Source of the DNA: Squalus acanthias
Lineage: Eukaryota
Direction: 5' to 3'
Length of the DNA: 64,000 nucleotides
Assembly (NCBI GenBank): GCA_030390025.1
Contig: CM059431.1
Coordinates: forward strand, 105,712,001-105,776,000
The first letter of the stretch is position 1; every line of letters begins with the position of its first letter. The position numbers and the translations under genes are program-made. The notes beneath the pieces were generated by a model that was not told where the DNA came from, did not search any database, and worked only from the letters and a program-made list of their open reading frames with translations. Shown piece by piece: positions 63,838 through 64,000 of the stretch.

Positions 63838-64000
63838 GGCCGGAATTTTCTCAAAGGGGGCGGGGTCATCTGAGGCGAGCGGGAAACCCGTGAGGCCGGG
63901 CATCCCGCAGGCCCTGCCGACTTTAATGGCAGGTTCTGATTTGAATCTGAGGCCTCGGATTCCCGCCTGCAGCCAGCCAGATTGAGAGGCAGGCTGACTG
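63838..64000. mobile_element. Left end of a Harbinger-type MITE
   Basis: AAT|GGCCGGAATTTT, same first 12 bases as the 9040 element; cut by the window edge. Confidence 0.6.

Overview
This is eukaryotic DNA, not prokaryotic. The repeat content (HE1-type V-SINE, SacSINE1/DeuSINE-type SINEs, many CR1 and L2 LINEs) points to a cartilaginous fish, probably a shark; this rests on recognising repeat families and no database search was run. The window is mostly layered transposon debris: 5'-truncated CR1 and L2 LINEs, a third CR1/L2-clade LINE, tRNA-derived SINEs, PIF/Harbinger elements (Myb/SANT-only derivatives, transposase remnants, many MITEs with 3-bp TSDs), hAT elements, a Vingi/Ingi-like LINE fragment, a fragmented Gypsy element and a probable solo LTR. 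No host gene could be identified; only a few weak exon candidates were seen. The most striking signal is two families of short Penelope-type elements carrying minimal hammerhead ribozymes (CUGACGA-A-stem II-GAAA-palindromic helix III). Several have 12-16 bp TSDs and inverted arrangements, including a perfect 193-bp palindrome that encodes a ribozyme on both strands. Repeat boundaries are approximate unless a TSD or TIR is quoted.
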